Position numbers and translations under genes: made by a program. A DNA stretch of 63,958 bases, counting the filler, from Folioceros fuciformis (taxonomy: Eukaryota), in assembly GCA_049999805.1 (NCBI GenBank). It is 6 parts of 6 records of this genome, joined end to end, with 100 filler letters (N's around TTAATTAATTAA, not from the genome) between each part and the next. Parts side by side here need not be neighbours in the genome. Positions count along the whole stretch, not along the records: positions 17,284 to 23,908 come from JBNGIO010006400.1; positions 24,009 to 30,032 come from JBNGIO010006401.1; positions 30,133 to 34,749 come from JBNGIO010006403.1; 3 more parts are not named here. The stretch is one strand, 5' to 3'. The notes under the pieces were generated by a model that was not told where the DNA came from, did no database searches, and saw only the letters and a program-made list of their open reading frames with translations. Shown one piece after another: positions 22,229 through 33,600 of this stretch. Within the stretch, counting starts at the first letter, position 1. Every line of letters begins with the position of its first letter.

Positions 22229-22759
22229 ATGACTCGAAGGGGGCGTTCTTGCTGTGAGCGATCGTCCCCGCTATCCTGCAATCAACCCACAATAAGGCAT
22301 CAGGATCAGTCTTCCAGGACTATACTGTATACATTGCTTTTGTCCCGAACTCCAACCAGGGTGCACATATTGCGACATCCCGAAGTTCGAGATTTTTGTG
22401 AGGACGATTTGCGGGACACATTCAGATCTCGGGCTACTCACCTGCCAGAGATAGTTGGAGCCTACCGAGTGCTGAGCGAAAGGTTGAACACCACAGAATC
22501 AACCCTGCTTACTGTGATTTCTCGACAGGGCGAGGTGCACACCGCGCGCCATCAAGAACTTTCAGCCGCGGTTGACCTTATTCTGCGCAAGCAGACAACA
22601 CTGATTGAGGATGTTAGAAAATTGTATGACCTTGTGACTGAATTGCAAAGGAAATCAGCGCACGACTTGGGCGCGAATTCTACCTCAACAGATCTGCTTA
22701 GATCGCTGGCCCCTGCTCGCGAGAAGCCCAGATTTCAAGCGTCGTCCTCAGCGCGGTAG
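22229..22759 (+). CDS. Extra ORF upstream of gag in Copia A (176 aa, predicted coiled coil)
   Basis: Starts MTRRG. Start, stop and internal motifs are conserved with 24546-25028. Confidence 0.65.
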   Translation: MTRRGRSCCERSSPLSCNQPTIRHQDQSSRTILYTLLLSRTPTRVHILRHPEVRDFCEDDLRDTFRSRATHLPEIVGAYRVLSERLNTTESTLLTVISRQGEVHTARHQELSAAVDLILRKQTTLIEDVRKLYDLVTELQRKSAHDLGANSTSTDLLRSLAPAREKPRFQASSSAR

Positions 22760-23077
22760 GGCGCGCCTGGGGTGCTTCGTGTCCGCTGTGTTTTCTGGCG
22801 GGAGGCGTCTTCTTTGGCATCTGCCCGCAGTAAGACTCCACAGGACGCGACCCTGCAAGCGGCCATGCTGAAAATACCACGTCAGCCATCTACTTACCTC
22901 AACCGTCAACAGACGTCTCAGGAGATGTTCTGTGCCATCTGACCTCTCCGCGAACCTCTTCTCTGCTCCACCTCTCCGCCTCCTGTAGCATTGCGAGACA
23001 TATTACGAGAAAAATTGCCTGGTGCTCTCGGCCTGATCACCCTTGCGCGCTTGATAATTTTTCTGCAATACGTCTGC

Positions 23078-23908
23078 ATGGCTACAGGAGGGGTTAGTGG
23101 AGGTGGAGGTAGCGCAGGAGGTACAGGAGGCGCAGGAGGAGGAGTGGTCGCATTACCTCTTCCACCTGTGCCTGTTATCCCCGCTCCGTCTTTCTCAATG
23201 GAATTTAAGGAGAAAGACCGCTTTAATGGCACGAAGTTTCATGGATGGCGTGTTCGCATGACAGCTGCCCTGCAGGCACGGCACGTGTGGGGCATTGTTA
23301 GTGGTTCTATTCCTAAACCAGCATCTACTGCTCCAGCAGATGAACTTGAGAAGTGGGATAACCTGAATCATGTAGCTCGTGCGGTCTTGATTAGTGGTCT
23401 TGATGAGGTACTCCTCCCTGATGTGGCTTACCTGCAAGACTCCAACGAAATCTGGACACAACTACTGCAAACGTACGAGGCAAAGAACATACTTACGCAG
23501 TGTGCAATTCGTGGAGAACTGTTTTCAATGAGACTTAAAGAAGGCGAGAAGGTGGGACCTTTCGTCGTGAAGTTTCGGCAGTTGCGGGCCCAGCTCCTGA
23601 ACTTAGGATCCCAGTTTCCTGAGTTGGATGCTGTTGCCCAACTCCTCACCTGCTTACCACCCAGCTACCAGACCTTCGTCTCCGGCTTTGGAGCTTCCAT
23701 TCGCGCGGCAGACAAGGCTGTAGCTGCTGGCAAGGCACCTCAAATCAGTCTTGTTGACGTGATTGGTGCTCTCCTGCAAGAGGAACAAAGCAGGCTTCAT
23801 TCCACACCACAGGGTGGAAAAACGAAAACAGATAAGGTTCTTTATACTAAAGGGAACAAATTGCAGAAAGGACAGAAAGGTCGATCAGCTACTGGTGACT
23901 CACCTTCT
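23078..23908 (+). CDS. Copia A gag N-terminal part (Gly-rich start), truncated by the scaffold end
   Basis: MATGGVSGGGG...MEFKEKDRFNGTKFHGW. 23395-23908 is identical to 17284-17797. Confidence 0.93.
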
Positions 23909-24043
23909 NNNNNNNNNNNNNNNNNNNNNNNNNNNNNNNNNNNNNNNNNNNNTTAATTAATTAANNNNNNNNNNNNNNNNNNNNNNNNNNNNNNNNNNNN
24001 NNNNNNNNGCCGAGCTAACCAGCGTGCTCCGTTTACGGGGGCG

Positions 24044-24246
24044 TGTTAGAGTAGAACCCCGTTTAGGGTTAGCTACTTATAAACGAACCAGCTGTCAGCT
24101 GTTAGTTAAATATGTTTAAGTTATATGAATGGTCATGACCCTTGAACAATTTTGTATGTAAGACACTTTGTGTATCCACAGTAAATATATATATCTTATC
24201 TTTATTCCAAGCACGTGTGTGCACATGTACACATCTTACATTGTCA
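24044..24246 (+). repeat. LTR of Copia B (203 bp, TGTT...TCA), copy 1
   Basis: PPT before it; PBS TGGTATCAGAGC at 24247-24258; identical to 29652-29854. Confidence 0.93.
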
Positions 24247-24545
24247 TGGTATCAGAGCCATGGTACTCTTGATCCGTGACCAATTCCTTTTTTTTCTGTC
24301 TGCGAGTAATCCTATTCTATTGCTGTAGATGCATGTAGTTTAAAGGGATTTTTTTTTGGCACAAAATCCACGAGACACAAAACCTGTGGCTCTTGGGTTG
24401 TGTGTCACAAAACTCCTTCTCACTACCTACATGACAACATTAGTAATGGGCTATTATTTACAGTTTGCATGACAGTATAAGAGAGATTTCCGCTGTGCGG
24501 ATCTGGCTACTGCAATGTAGCAGATCATGTTACTCTGAAATTAAA

Positions 24546-25028
24546 ATGACTCGACGGGGTCTTTCCGTCGAGCAAACGCTTCGGATGCCCTGCAATCGAA
24601 ACACAACAGGAGTTTCGGAGTCTTCCAGGATTTTGCGAAACTACCAAGAAGGTCAGGCATACATCCCGTACGTGGTGCCGTTCTCTCGAACTCCAAATCG
24701 GGCACATGTTCAGAAACACCCGGAATTTGGAGTCAGCCAAGAGGACAAACTGCAGGATACTTCTCGAGTGTTCAACAACAGACTGTACACTTTAGAAGCA
24801 GCCTTGCTTACCGTGCACCAAGAGATTTTGGCTGCAGTCGATTTTTTCTTGCGCAAGCTGAAGTCGCCGGTTGAGGATGCTTTAAAACTCACAGATCTGG
24901 TGACCAAATTGCGAAGTAAATCAGCACAAGATTCGCGCTTGTATTCTTCTGCAGCAGCAGATCTGTCCTGTGCGTTTGCCTTCGCTCGCGAGAAGACGAG
25001 ATTTCAAGCGTCGCCATCAGCGCAGTAG
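24546..25028 (+). CDS. Extra ORF upstream of gag in Copia B (160 aa)
   Basis: MTRRG...SRTPNRAHVQKHPE...AAVDFFLRK...AREKTRFQASPSAQ*, homologous to 22229-22759. Confidence 0.65.
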   Translation: MTRRGLSVEQTLRMPCNRNTTGVSESSRILRNYQEGQAYIPYVVPFSRTPNRAHVQKHPEFGVSQEDKLQDTSRVFNNRLYTLEAALLTVHQEILAAVDFFLRKLKSPVEDALKLTDLVTKLRSKSAQDSRLYSSAAADLSCAFAFAREKTRFQASPSAQ

Positions 25029-25369
25029 GAGGGTGCGTTTGCAGCTTGCACGTTCCCGGCGCCTCCTGGCGGCTGGCGCCTCGTACAGTGGGTACCCCTT
25101 CCCACAGCAGGTGTCTATGGGACGCGACCCTGCACACGGCCACCCCCACGTCAGCTGTTCACAGCGCTCAACCGTCAACTGACTTGGAGCATGGTGTCCT
25201 ATGACATCTGACCTTCTGCTCACACCGCAACGAAACCTTCTGCTGCTCCTCTTCCGCGCTTCATCTCCCTGTCTTTTCCTGAACATTTCGACCTACTTCG
25301 AGAAGAGTACCTTGTGTAATCGGCCTGATCACCCGGGAACACTTGATAATCTCATCAAAGTAAGTCAGA

Positions 25370-28300
25370 ATGGCTTCAGGAGGAGGAGGTGGAGGGGGCG
25401 GAGGAGGAGGCGGGGGCGGTGGTGGAGCAGGGGGAGGAGGAGGAGGTGCAGGGGGAGGAGGCGTTGTTACCCTCCCTCTCCCGCCTGTGCCTGTGATTCC
25501 AGCACCATCCTACTCCATGGAATTTAAAGAGCGCGACAGGTTCAATGGCTCCAAGTTCCATGGATGGCGTGTGCGCATGACAGCAGCCCTGCAAGCCCGG
25601 CACGTGTGGGGAGTTGTTAGTGGCACGATTCCGAAACCAGCCTCAACAGCTCCAGCAGATGAGATTGAAAAGTGGGAGAACCTGAATCATGTCGCTCGTG
25701 CAGTCTTGATTAGCGGCTTGGACGAAGTCCTCCTACCCGATGTAGCTTATCTGCAAGATTCGCATGAGATCTGGAATCAATTGTTGCAGACGTATGAAGC
25801 TAAAAACATCCTCACTCAGTGTGCAATCCGTGGAGAATTGTTTTCAATGAGGCTCAAAGAAGGCGAGAAGGTGGGACCTTTCGTCATAAAATTTCGACAA
25901 TTGAGGGCTCAACTGTTGCACCTTGGCTCTCAATTTCCCGAGTTGGACGCAGTTGCTCAACTCCTCACCTGTTTACCTCCTAGCTACCAGACTTTTGTGT
26001 CTGGCTTTGGTGCATCCATCCGCGCAGCAGACAAGGCTGTGGCTGCCGGTAAAGCACCCCAAATCATTCTTGTGGACGTGATTGGAGCTCTCCTGCAAGA
26101 GGAGCAAAGCAGGCTTCAATCCACACAGCATGGTGGTAAAACTAAAACAGATAAAGTCCTTTATACCAAAGGACAGAAACAGAACGCTAAGGGAAAGCCA
26201 ACCTCAGGAGCAGGACACTCTGGCTCTGCCTCCACAAAACGGACTGGATCCTGCAATTGGTGCGGCATCCAGGGCCACTGGGAGAGAGACTGTCGAAAAA
26301 AGAAGGCTGGCGACGCCAGAAAGGTCGAGAAGCCCAAGCCGGCTGAGGCCCACTCTGTCGCCAAGGCATCTTCAACTGCTAACAAACCTCCTGTTGTGAT
26401 GACGGTTTGTTTTGCATCTTCTTCAGTTTCCTCGTCTCCCCATAGTTGGTACCTAGATTCTGGTGCAACCTCCCACATTTGTAATGACAGAAACTTGCTC
26501 AGTCATTACAGACCTTCACTCACATCTGATAAAGTGCTTTTGGGGGACGAACTTACACGTACAGGTCTTCAGATTGCTGGTTCCGGCACATGCTGTTTTA
26601 GACTGCATGATGGCTCTGTCCTACAATTGGATAATGTCCTATACGTCCCACTTATGGCTAAGCACCTACTTTCGGTGAGTCAATTGATGTCTTTGCGCCA
26701 GTACGACCTTCTCTTCACTTCTGATAGCTGTGAACTCCAGAAGCGAGGGGGAGATAGTAAAGGTAAAGTTGTAGCAAAAGGACATCTCGTTCATGACTTA
26801 TATCAGCTTGATCTCACATGCATACCTCCTGAGTCCGTGCATGCTGCTCAGTCGTCACAATCTGCCCAGGCTAGTTTGTGGCATGCCAGACTTGGTCATG
26901 CCAATCGAGATAAGTTGATCAAAATGTCAAACCTAAGTTGCTATAGAGAGCCTCTCCCTAAATGCTTTAAAGACTTACCACTCTGTGATGCATGTGTTAT
27001 AGCCAAGCAGAAAGAAGTTCCATTTCCCAAGTCAGTTGCACATCGTGCATCACAGATACTAGAACTTGTGCATGCTGATATTTCAGGCAAGATTCATGTA
27101 CCCTCTCTAGGTGGTGCGTTGTATTATCTTACCATCACTGATGATTTTAGCAGATATTCTTGGACATACCCCCTCCGTTTAAAGTCGGACACTTTTGAGG
27201 TCTTCCAGGAATGGCTGATCATGGCACAGAGGCAGACAGGATGCTTGCTTCGACAACTTCGAACTGACAATGGCACAGAATTCACACACGCTCACTTCAA
27301 CCAGTTTCTGCTGGAGAACGGCGTTGTACGTCAACTTATTGTGCCCTATACCCAGCAGCAGAACGGTGTTGCTGAACGCCGTAACCAGACGCTGCTGGGC
27401 ATGACAAGGAGCATGTTAGAGTGGTCAGGTTTGAGCAAAGCATATTGGGCAGAAGCGGTTGTTACAGCAACTTATCTTCTCAACAGACTTCTCACAAGCG
27501 CAGTTGATGGGAAGACTCCGTTTGAAGTTATTTGGCGAAGGAAGCCCAGCTTGTTGCACTTACGAGTTTTTGGTTCCCCAGCCTATGCCTTCATCCCTGC
27601 AGAGAAGAGACAAAAATTAGAAGACAGAGCACGCCCACTTATTTTTGTGGGTTATGGTGAAGAGGCAAAAGCTTATAAACTGTTGAATCCACTCACACGC
27701 ACAGCCGTGTTTGCTAGAAGTGTGACCTTCAAGGAGCTTGTGTGTCCTGCCAAGCCATATTTTGATCATCTGTCGCTTAATCAAGAGACAGTCACTCATG
27801 TGGATTTTACAGATCTGGATGATTCTACAGACTTTCCACAAGATGACACACCTGAAGTTAATCCTGTTGGCTTTCAAGGAACGGGGCAGAATCCTGTCAC
27901 AGCAGCTGCACCTCAACCTACGAACCCTGCAGTTGCTCCCCATGCTCAGATGGGTGCTCCACTACCCCCTTCTGATAGCAATGTCGCCATACTCGATGTC
28001 CTGAACCAACCTGCAGCAGTGGATGAAGTTGATTCTGATCTGGTAGAAGATAATCTTTCACTCCACTCTGATTCAGAGGTGCATGAACACTTACCTGGCC
28101 CTGCTCTTGATGATGATGCCGATGACGAACCTCTTGTTGAGCCATCTGTTGAGAGTCGGTATCCTCAGCGTGTAAGGAACCCACCTACTCAGTGGGTAGA
28201 ACCCCCATATTCTTCTATTGATTTCAGACGTCCTCGCGCTGGGGTTATTCTTCCACAACCTCAATTATCTATGACTAGATCTCCTCCTGTCAAGTCAGAA

Positions 28301-29409
28301 CCCAAGACATATCAGGAGGCTATCACCGGACTTGACAAGGAGCATTGGATTCCCTCCATCAAGGATGAGTATGCTTCCCTGATTAAAAATGCCACATGGG
28401 AACTGTGTCCCTTGCCTACAGGTAGGAAGACCGTGAGCTGTAAATGGGTCTTCAAATATAAGCTGAATGCCCAGGGCGAGATTGCCAGATACAAGTCTCG
28501 CCTAGTTGCCCGGGGTTTTACCCAAGTCCCAGGACTAGATTTCACTGAAACTTTTAGCCCTGTTGTGAAAACGCAGTCCATCCGTTTGATCCTTGCTCTT
28601 ACTGCTGCCAATGCATGGGATCTTCAGCAGATGGACGTGTGCACTGCTTTCTTATACGGTGAGCTAGAAGAAGACATCTACATGTCGCAGCCAGAAGGTT
28701 TTGTTGACCCCCAACATCCGAATTGGGTTTGCCACCTCAAGAAGACCATATATGGCTTAAAGCAGTCAGCCCGAGAGTGGTATAAGACTATCGACAAGTA
28801 CCTTCAATCTATTGGCTTTCTTCAGAATCCTGGTGATGCAAACGTCTACATCTACTCCAAGGGTGGTAAACTCGTCATTCTTGCTTTGTATGTTGACGAT
28901 GCCATCCTCGCATCAAACGATCCGGGCTTATTATCATGGGTCAAAGATATGCTGCACCAAAAGTTTGATATGAAGGATATAGGGGCACTCACCTTTGTCC
29001 TTGGCGTTCAACTTGCGCGTAACTTGGATGAAGGCACTCTTATGCTCCACCAAGCCAAGTATATTGCAGAGACTCTGCACCGTTTTCATTTGGATACTGC
29101 AAAGCCCGTCTCCACTCCAGGGGTTGCAGGCATGAAGCTCTCACTCGACCAGTGCCCACAGACTGATGAGGAACGCCAGGCTATGGCTCAGATTCCGTAC
29201 CGCCATGCCGTGGGCTGCCTGAACTACATCAGTTGTTGGACTCGGCCTGATATTCAATATGCAGTTAGTTCCGTCTCTCAGTTCCTGGACAATCCTGGAC
29301 AAGCTCACTGGAGTGCAGTTAAACGCGTGCTTCGTTATCTGAAAGGCACCCTTACACACGGCTTATGCTTCAGGGGGCGAGATAAAGAGCCTACCTTGTG
29401 TGGGTATGC
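25370..29409 (+). CDS. Copia element B gag-pol polyprotein (open until the assembly gap at the RNaseH start)
   Basis: Same domain motifs as Copia A and clearly homologous; poly-Gly N-terminus. Confidence 0.96.
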
Positions 29410-29419
29410 NNNNNNNNNN

Positions 29420-29604
29420 AGCTCGTCATCCTCAGGATCCAGCACTTGAGTGCCCTCAACCTTGTTCACACATAGCCAGACTTGAAGCTGGCACTCCCAG
29501 CTCGCGAATCGCCACCGCTGTTCAGTTGTGAATCCTCTGTCTCCCAGGAAGACTGCAATCACAAAGGAGCAGAGCGCAAGACATTGAATCAGCGAGCGTG
29601 CCAT
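29420..29604 (-). CDS. Antisense 3' ORF of Copia B (partial, runs into the gap)
   Basis: MARSLIQCLALCSFVIAVFLGDRGFTTEQRWRFASWECQLQVWLCVNKVEG. Confidence 0.5.
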
Positions 29605-29651
29605 GGTTGCAACTTCGCCGAGCTAACCAGCGTGCTCCGTTTACGGGGGCG

Positions 29652-29854
29652 TGTTAGAGTAGAACCCCGTTTAGGGTTAGCTACTTATAAACGAACCAGC
29701 TGTCAGCTGTTAGTTAAATATGTTTAAGTTATATGAATGGTCATGACCCTTGAACAATTTTGTATGTAAGACACTTTGTGTATCCACAGTAAATATATAT
29801 ATCTTATCTTTATTCCAAGCACGTGTGTGCACATGTACACATCTTACATTGTCA
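29652..29854 (+). repeat. LTR of Copia B, copy 2, again followed by PBS and leader
   Basis: Identical to 24044-24246; PBS at 29855-29866. Confidence 0.93.
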
Positions 29855-30150
29855 TGGTATCAGAGCCATGGTACTCTTGATCCGTGACCAATTCCTTTTT
29901 TTTCTGTCTGCGAGTAATCCTATTCTATTGCTGTAGATGCATGTAGTTTAAAGGGATTTTTTTTTGGCACAAAATCCACGAGACACAAAACCTGTGGCTC
30001 TTGGGTTGTGTGTCACAAAACTCCTTCTCACTNNNNNNNNNNNNNNNNNNNNNNNNNNNNNNNNNNNNNNNNNNNNTTAATTAATTAANNNNNNNNNNNN
30101 NNNNNNNNNNNNNNNNNNNNNNNNNNNNNNNNGCCGCCGCCAAAAGAAAT

Positions 30151-30630
30151 ATGGCTTCAGTCTCACATGCCTTCGTGCAAATGATTCTCAGCCTTTTGTC
30201 CAGCATCTGGTGGTTGCTCCAGCTCGCAAGTCATATAATCTTGTGCCTGAGCGAGCGGATTGAGAACCTCGACCGAGCCGGAGCCCCAGTGAGCGGATCT
30301 GGAAAAGTGAAAAGACGGCGCAACCGGGCGGATCCAAGTGTGCTTCAGAGAGAAATTGCAACTCTATCAGTATGGAGGAATTCTTGCTTGCTGCGTCCAA
30401 ACCTCTCCCTGCTGACGATGAGGTCGAGTGATGAAGATGTAAGCAGGGTTGTCGATGCTGAAGTCCGAAGCTCCCCCTCAAGCCGAGCTGAGGGATTGGG
30501 CTCCAACGCCACCCATATAAGCCTCTTTGCTGATCAGTCCAATGCCTCTCACGTGCTTCTCATGCAGCGCCTTGCTGAGTCCCTTCGTGAGAAGATCTGC
30601 AGTGTTATCTGTGGTGTTTACATACTGTAG
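30151..30630 (+). CDS. Antisense ORF at the 3' end of Copia C (159 aa, N-terminal hydrophobic segment plus basic patch)
   Basis: MILSLLSSIWWLLQLASHIILCL followed by KVKRRRNR; overlaps the last ~150 nt of pol. Confidence 0.4.
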   Translation: MASVSHAFVQMILSLLSSIWWLLQLASHIILCLSERIENLDRAGAPVSGSGKVKRRRNRADPSVLQREIATLSVWRNSCLLRPNLSLLTMRSSDEDVSRVVDAEVRSSPSSRAEGLGSNATHISLFADQSNASHVLLMQRLAESLREKICSVICGVYIL

Positions 30631-33600
30631 CAGAACTTGCTTGTTGGCTACCACTTGTCGTATGAAGTGGTGTTGGATCTCCACGTGTTTCGTCCTCACA
30701 TGCAGGATAGGGTTGTGCGTCATCGCTATGGCGGATTGGTTGTCGCACAGAAGCATAGTTGGCTCGTCCTGATGCTCATTGACGTCCTGCAGGAATTGGC
30801 GGATCCAAAGTATTTCCTTTGCTGCAAGTGAAGTGGCTGCGTACTCTGCTTCGGTACTCGACAAGCAAACTGTCTGCATCTTCTTGCAGCTCCAGGAAAC
30901 AGTCGAGCTATTGATCATGCAGCAGTAGGCTGCGGTCGACTTTCTAGCATCTGGATCACCTGCCCAATCAGCATCGGAAAAGGATGTAAGCTGGAACTTG
31001 GGTAATGTGTTGCATCTGTACAGAAGGCCTAGCGACTTGGTGCCCTTGAGGTATCGGAAAACTCGCTTGACGCAGGTCCAGTGTGCTCTCCCCGGATTGG
31101 ACAAGTATCTTGATACGATGTTCACAGCTTGGCAGATGTCGGGCCTGGTCCAGATTGATAGGTAAAGCAAGCTGCCCACTACCTCGCTGTAGGGGACTTG
31201 TTGCATTTCCTTTGTCTCTTCGGGCGTGCTTGGACAGTCCTCAGCTGATATCTTCTCACCTGCCGCTATGGGGGTAGACACTGGCTTCACGTCTTTTAGT
31301 TTGAATCTTTCTAGCAATTGTTCTACATAGTGTTGCTGATGGATGAAGTATGTGCTGTCTGTAGGGTTGTATTCAAACTGGACGCCTAGAGCATAACGCA
31401 AAGGACCGATATCTACGACTTCATATTCTCTGGACAGTAGGTCTTTGGCGAACTGTATGGAATCTAAGCTATCTCCGAAGATGAAATTGTCATCTACGTA
31501 AAGGGTGATGATGATGAACTTACTTTTGTCTCTAAGGATGTACACGCTTGGATCTGAGGTGAGTGGTACAAACCCACAAGCCTTCAAGTACAGGTCTATG
31601 GTTTCGTTCCATACCTGAGTTGATTGCTTGAGGCCGTATAGGGACTTCAGCAGCTTGCATACCTTGTGTGAGTTTTTGATGAAGCCGGGTGGTTGCAGCA
31701 TGTATATGTCTTCACTCAGGGTCCCGTATAGAAATGCTGTCTTGACGTCGACTTGATGGACTTGCAGGTGGTGATATGCAGCGAAGGCAAGGAGGATTCT
31801 GATGGAGGTCGACTTTACCACCGGGCTGAAGAGTCGGTTTTCTTCGTAGTCGAAGCTTGGGATCTGTGTGAAACCTCTGGCGACGAGCCTGGCCTTGTGC
31901 CTTGCTACTATTCCATCTGGGTTGAGTTTGCGCCTGAACGTCCATTTGCATGAAATGGGCTTCCTTCCCTCTGGTAATTCTACCAACTTCCAGGTCTTGT
32001 TGCTTATGAGGGAGTCATATTCCGACTGAACTGCTGCTGTCCACTCTGGGGAGGCAAGTGCTTCAGTTATGGACAGGGGCACTCCTTGCATCTCTATAGC
32101 TGATAGTGCCTGATGTGCCGCATCCTCCAGATGGTCGGTGTGGGGTTGGGTGACAGTTGGTGTCTCTTTGTCCGTATGCCCGATTAGGGTATCTCCTGGG
32201 GTATATGGTGGTTCCTTCCATTTGCTTCGTGGGGGTCTGGTTCTGGTGGATCTCCTGAGGGTGTCTGAAGGAGGAGGCAAGATGGGATCTGAATGGTTTA
32301 CCTGGAGTCTTGCTTCTGGGGGAATTACCTCTGCTATGTCAGGATCTGGGAGTGGCGTGAGAATGGGGAGATCTGGCTGGTTGTGTGCTGGAGGCTGCTG
32401 AGCTGGTTGCGGGACTAGGCCTAAGGGGTGCACTAAGGGAATTGCAGGTTGTTGGGTTACCTCTTGAGATTGAAGTAAAGTATCGTCGTATTCTGTGGCC
32501 CCCTCAAGCTCAAGAGGGAAGTCGGTGATGGAATGACCGAAAATGCTGGGGGCGGGCAAAGGGTGGGGGTGCAGAGAGGATTGGAGAAGAGTGGTGAGCA
32601 GGTGGGTTTCATTGAAGTGCACGCTTCGAGAATGGATTACCTCTCTGGAACGAGGATCGAAAAGCCGATAGGCTTTGACCTGGTCTGAGTATCCTATAAA
32701 AAGCAATTTGCGGCCTCTGTCGTCCCACTTACTCCTGGTTTCTGCAGCAATGTGAGCGAAAGCTGGGCTACCAAAAATGCGGAGATGGGATACCCTGGGT
32801 TTATTGCCGCTCCATCTCTTGAAAGGAGTAGTGTTGGGGAGATCTTTCGTGGGAAGCCTGTTTTTCAGATAGTTTGAAGTTGACACAGCCTCGGCCCAGT
32901 ACCCTTTGGTCAGGCCAGCGAGTTTGAGGAGGGATCTCGAGATTTCAAGCAAAGAACGATTCATACGTTCGGCAAAGGGGTTCTGTGAGGGGGTATAAGG
33001 TACCGTATATTGTCTCTGAATACCTTTGGAGCGGCAGAATTCTTGGAAGGCATGGCTGATATACTCACCCCCGTTGTCCGTACGCAGGGTGATTACTTGG
33101 AAGCCAGTCTGTCGTTCTGCGCTGCTAAGGAAATCTTGGAAGCATGAGAAAGCTTCATCTTTTCTCTTGAGGAAATACACGTGACAGTACCTACTCCACT
33201 CGTCTAGGAAAGTGATGAAGTAGCTGTGGCCTCCAAAGAATTCAGTGCTCATAGGTCCGCATATGTCCGAGTGGATAGTGTCAAGCAATCGTCGTGCTCG
33301 AGTTGGGGACCGGTCCTTGAATGGCAGTTGGTTGAGCTTGGTGTATTGGCATACTTCGTAGAAAAAGTCTTTGTGCACGTTGAGTTTGACGGGGTCTTTG
33401 TACATGGTGGGATTGGCTAGCATGTTCAGGTACCTAGGGTTCATATGACCTGCCCTACAGTGCCACAGCAGAGAATCATTCGGTGTGGTGGATGGCGTAC
33501 TGTCAACTAGGAGGGATGTGGACTGTATGTTGAGAAGGTACAGGTCGTTGAAAGGGAGACCATGAGCTAAGGCTACCTGACTGGGGTCCTGACTATGGCA

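Noticed and set aside
22760-23077. Stop-codon readthrough from the extra ORF into gag
   Set aside because: In A the two are in frame, but a further TGA intervenes (~22940). In B they are in different frames.
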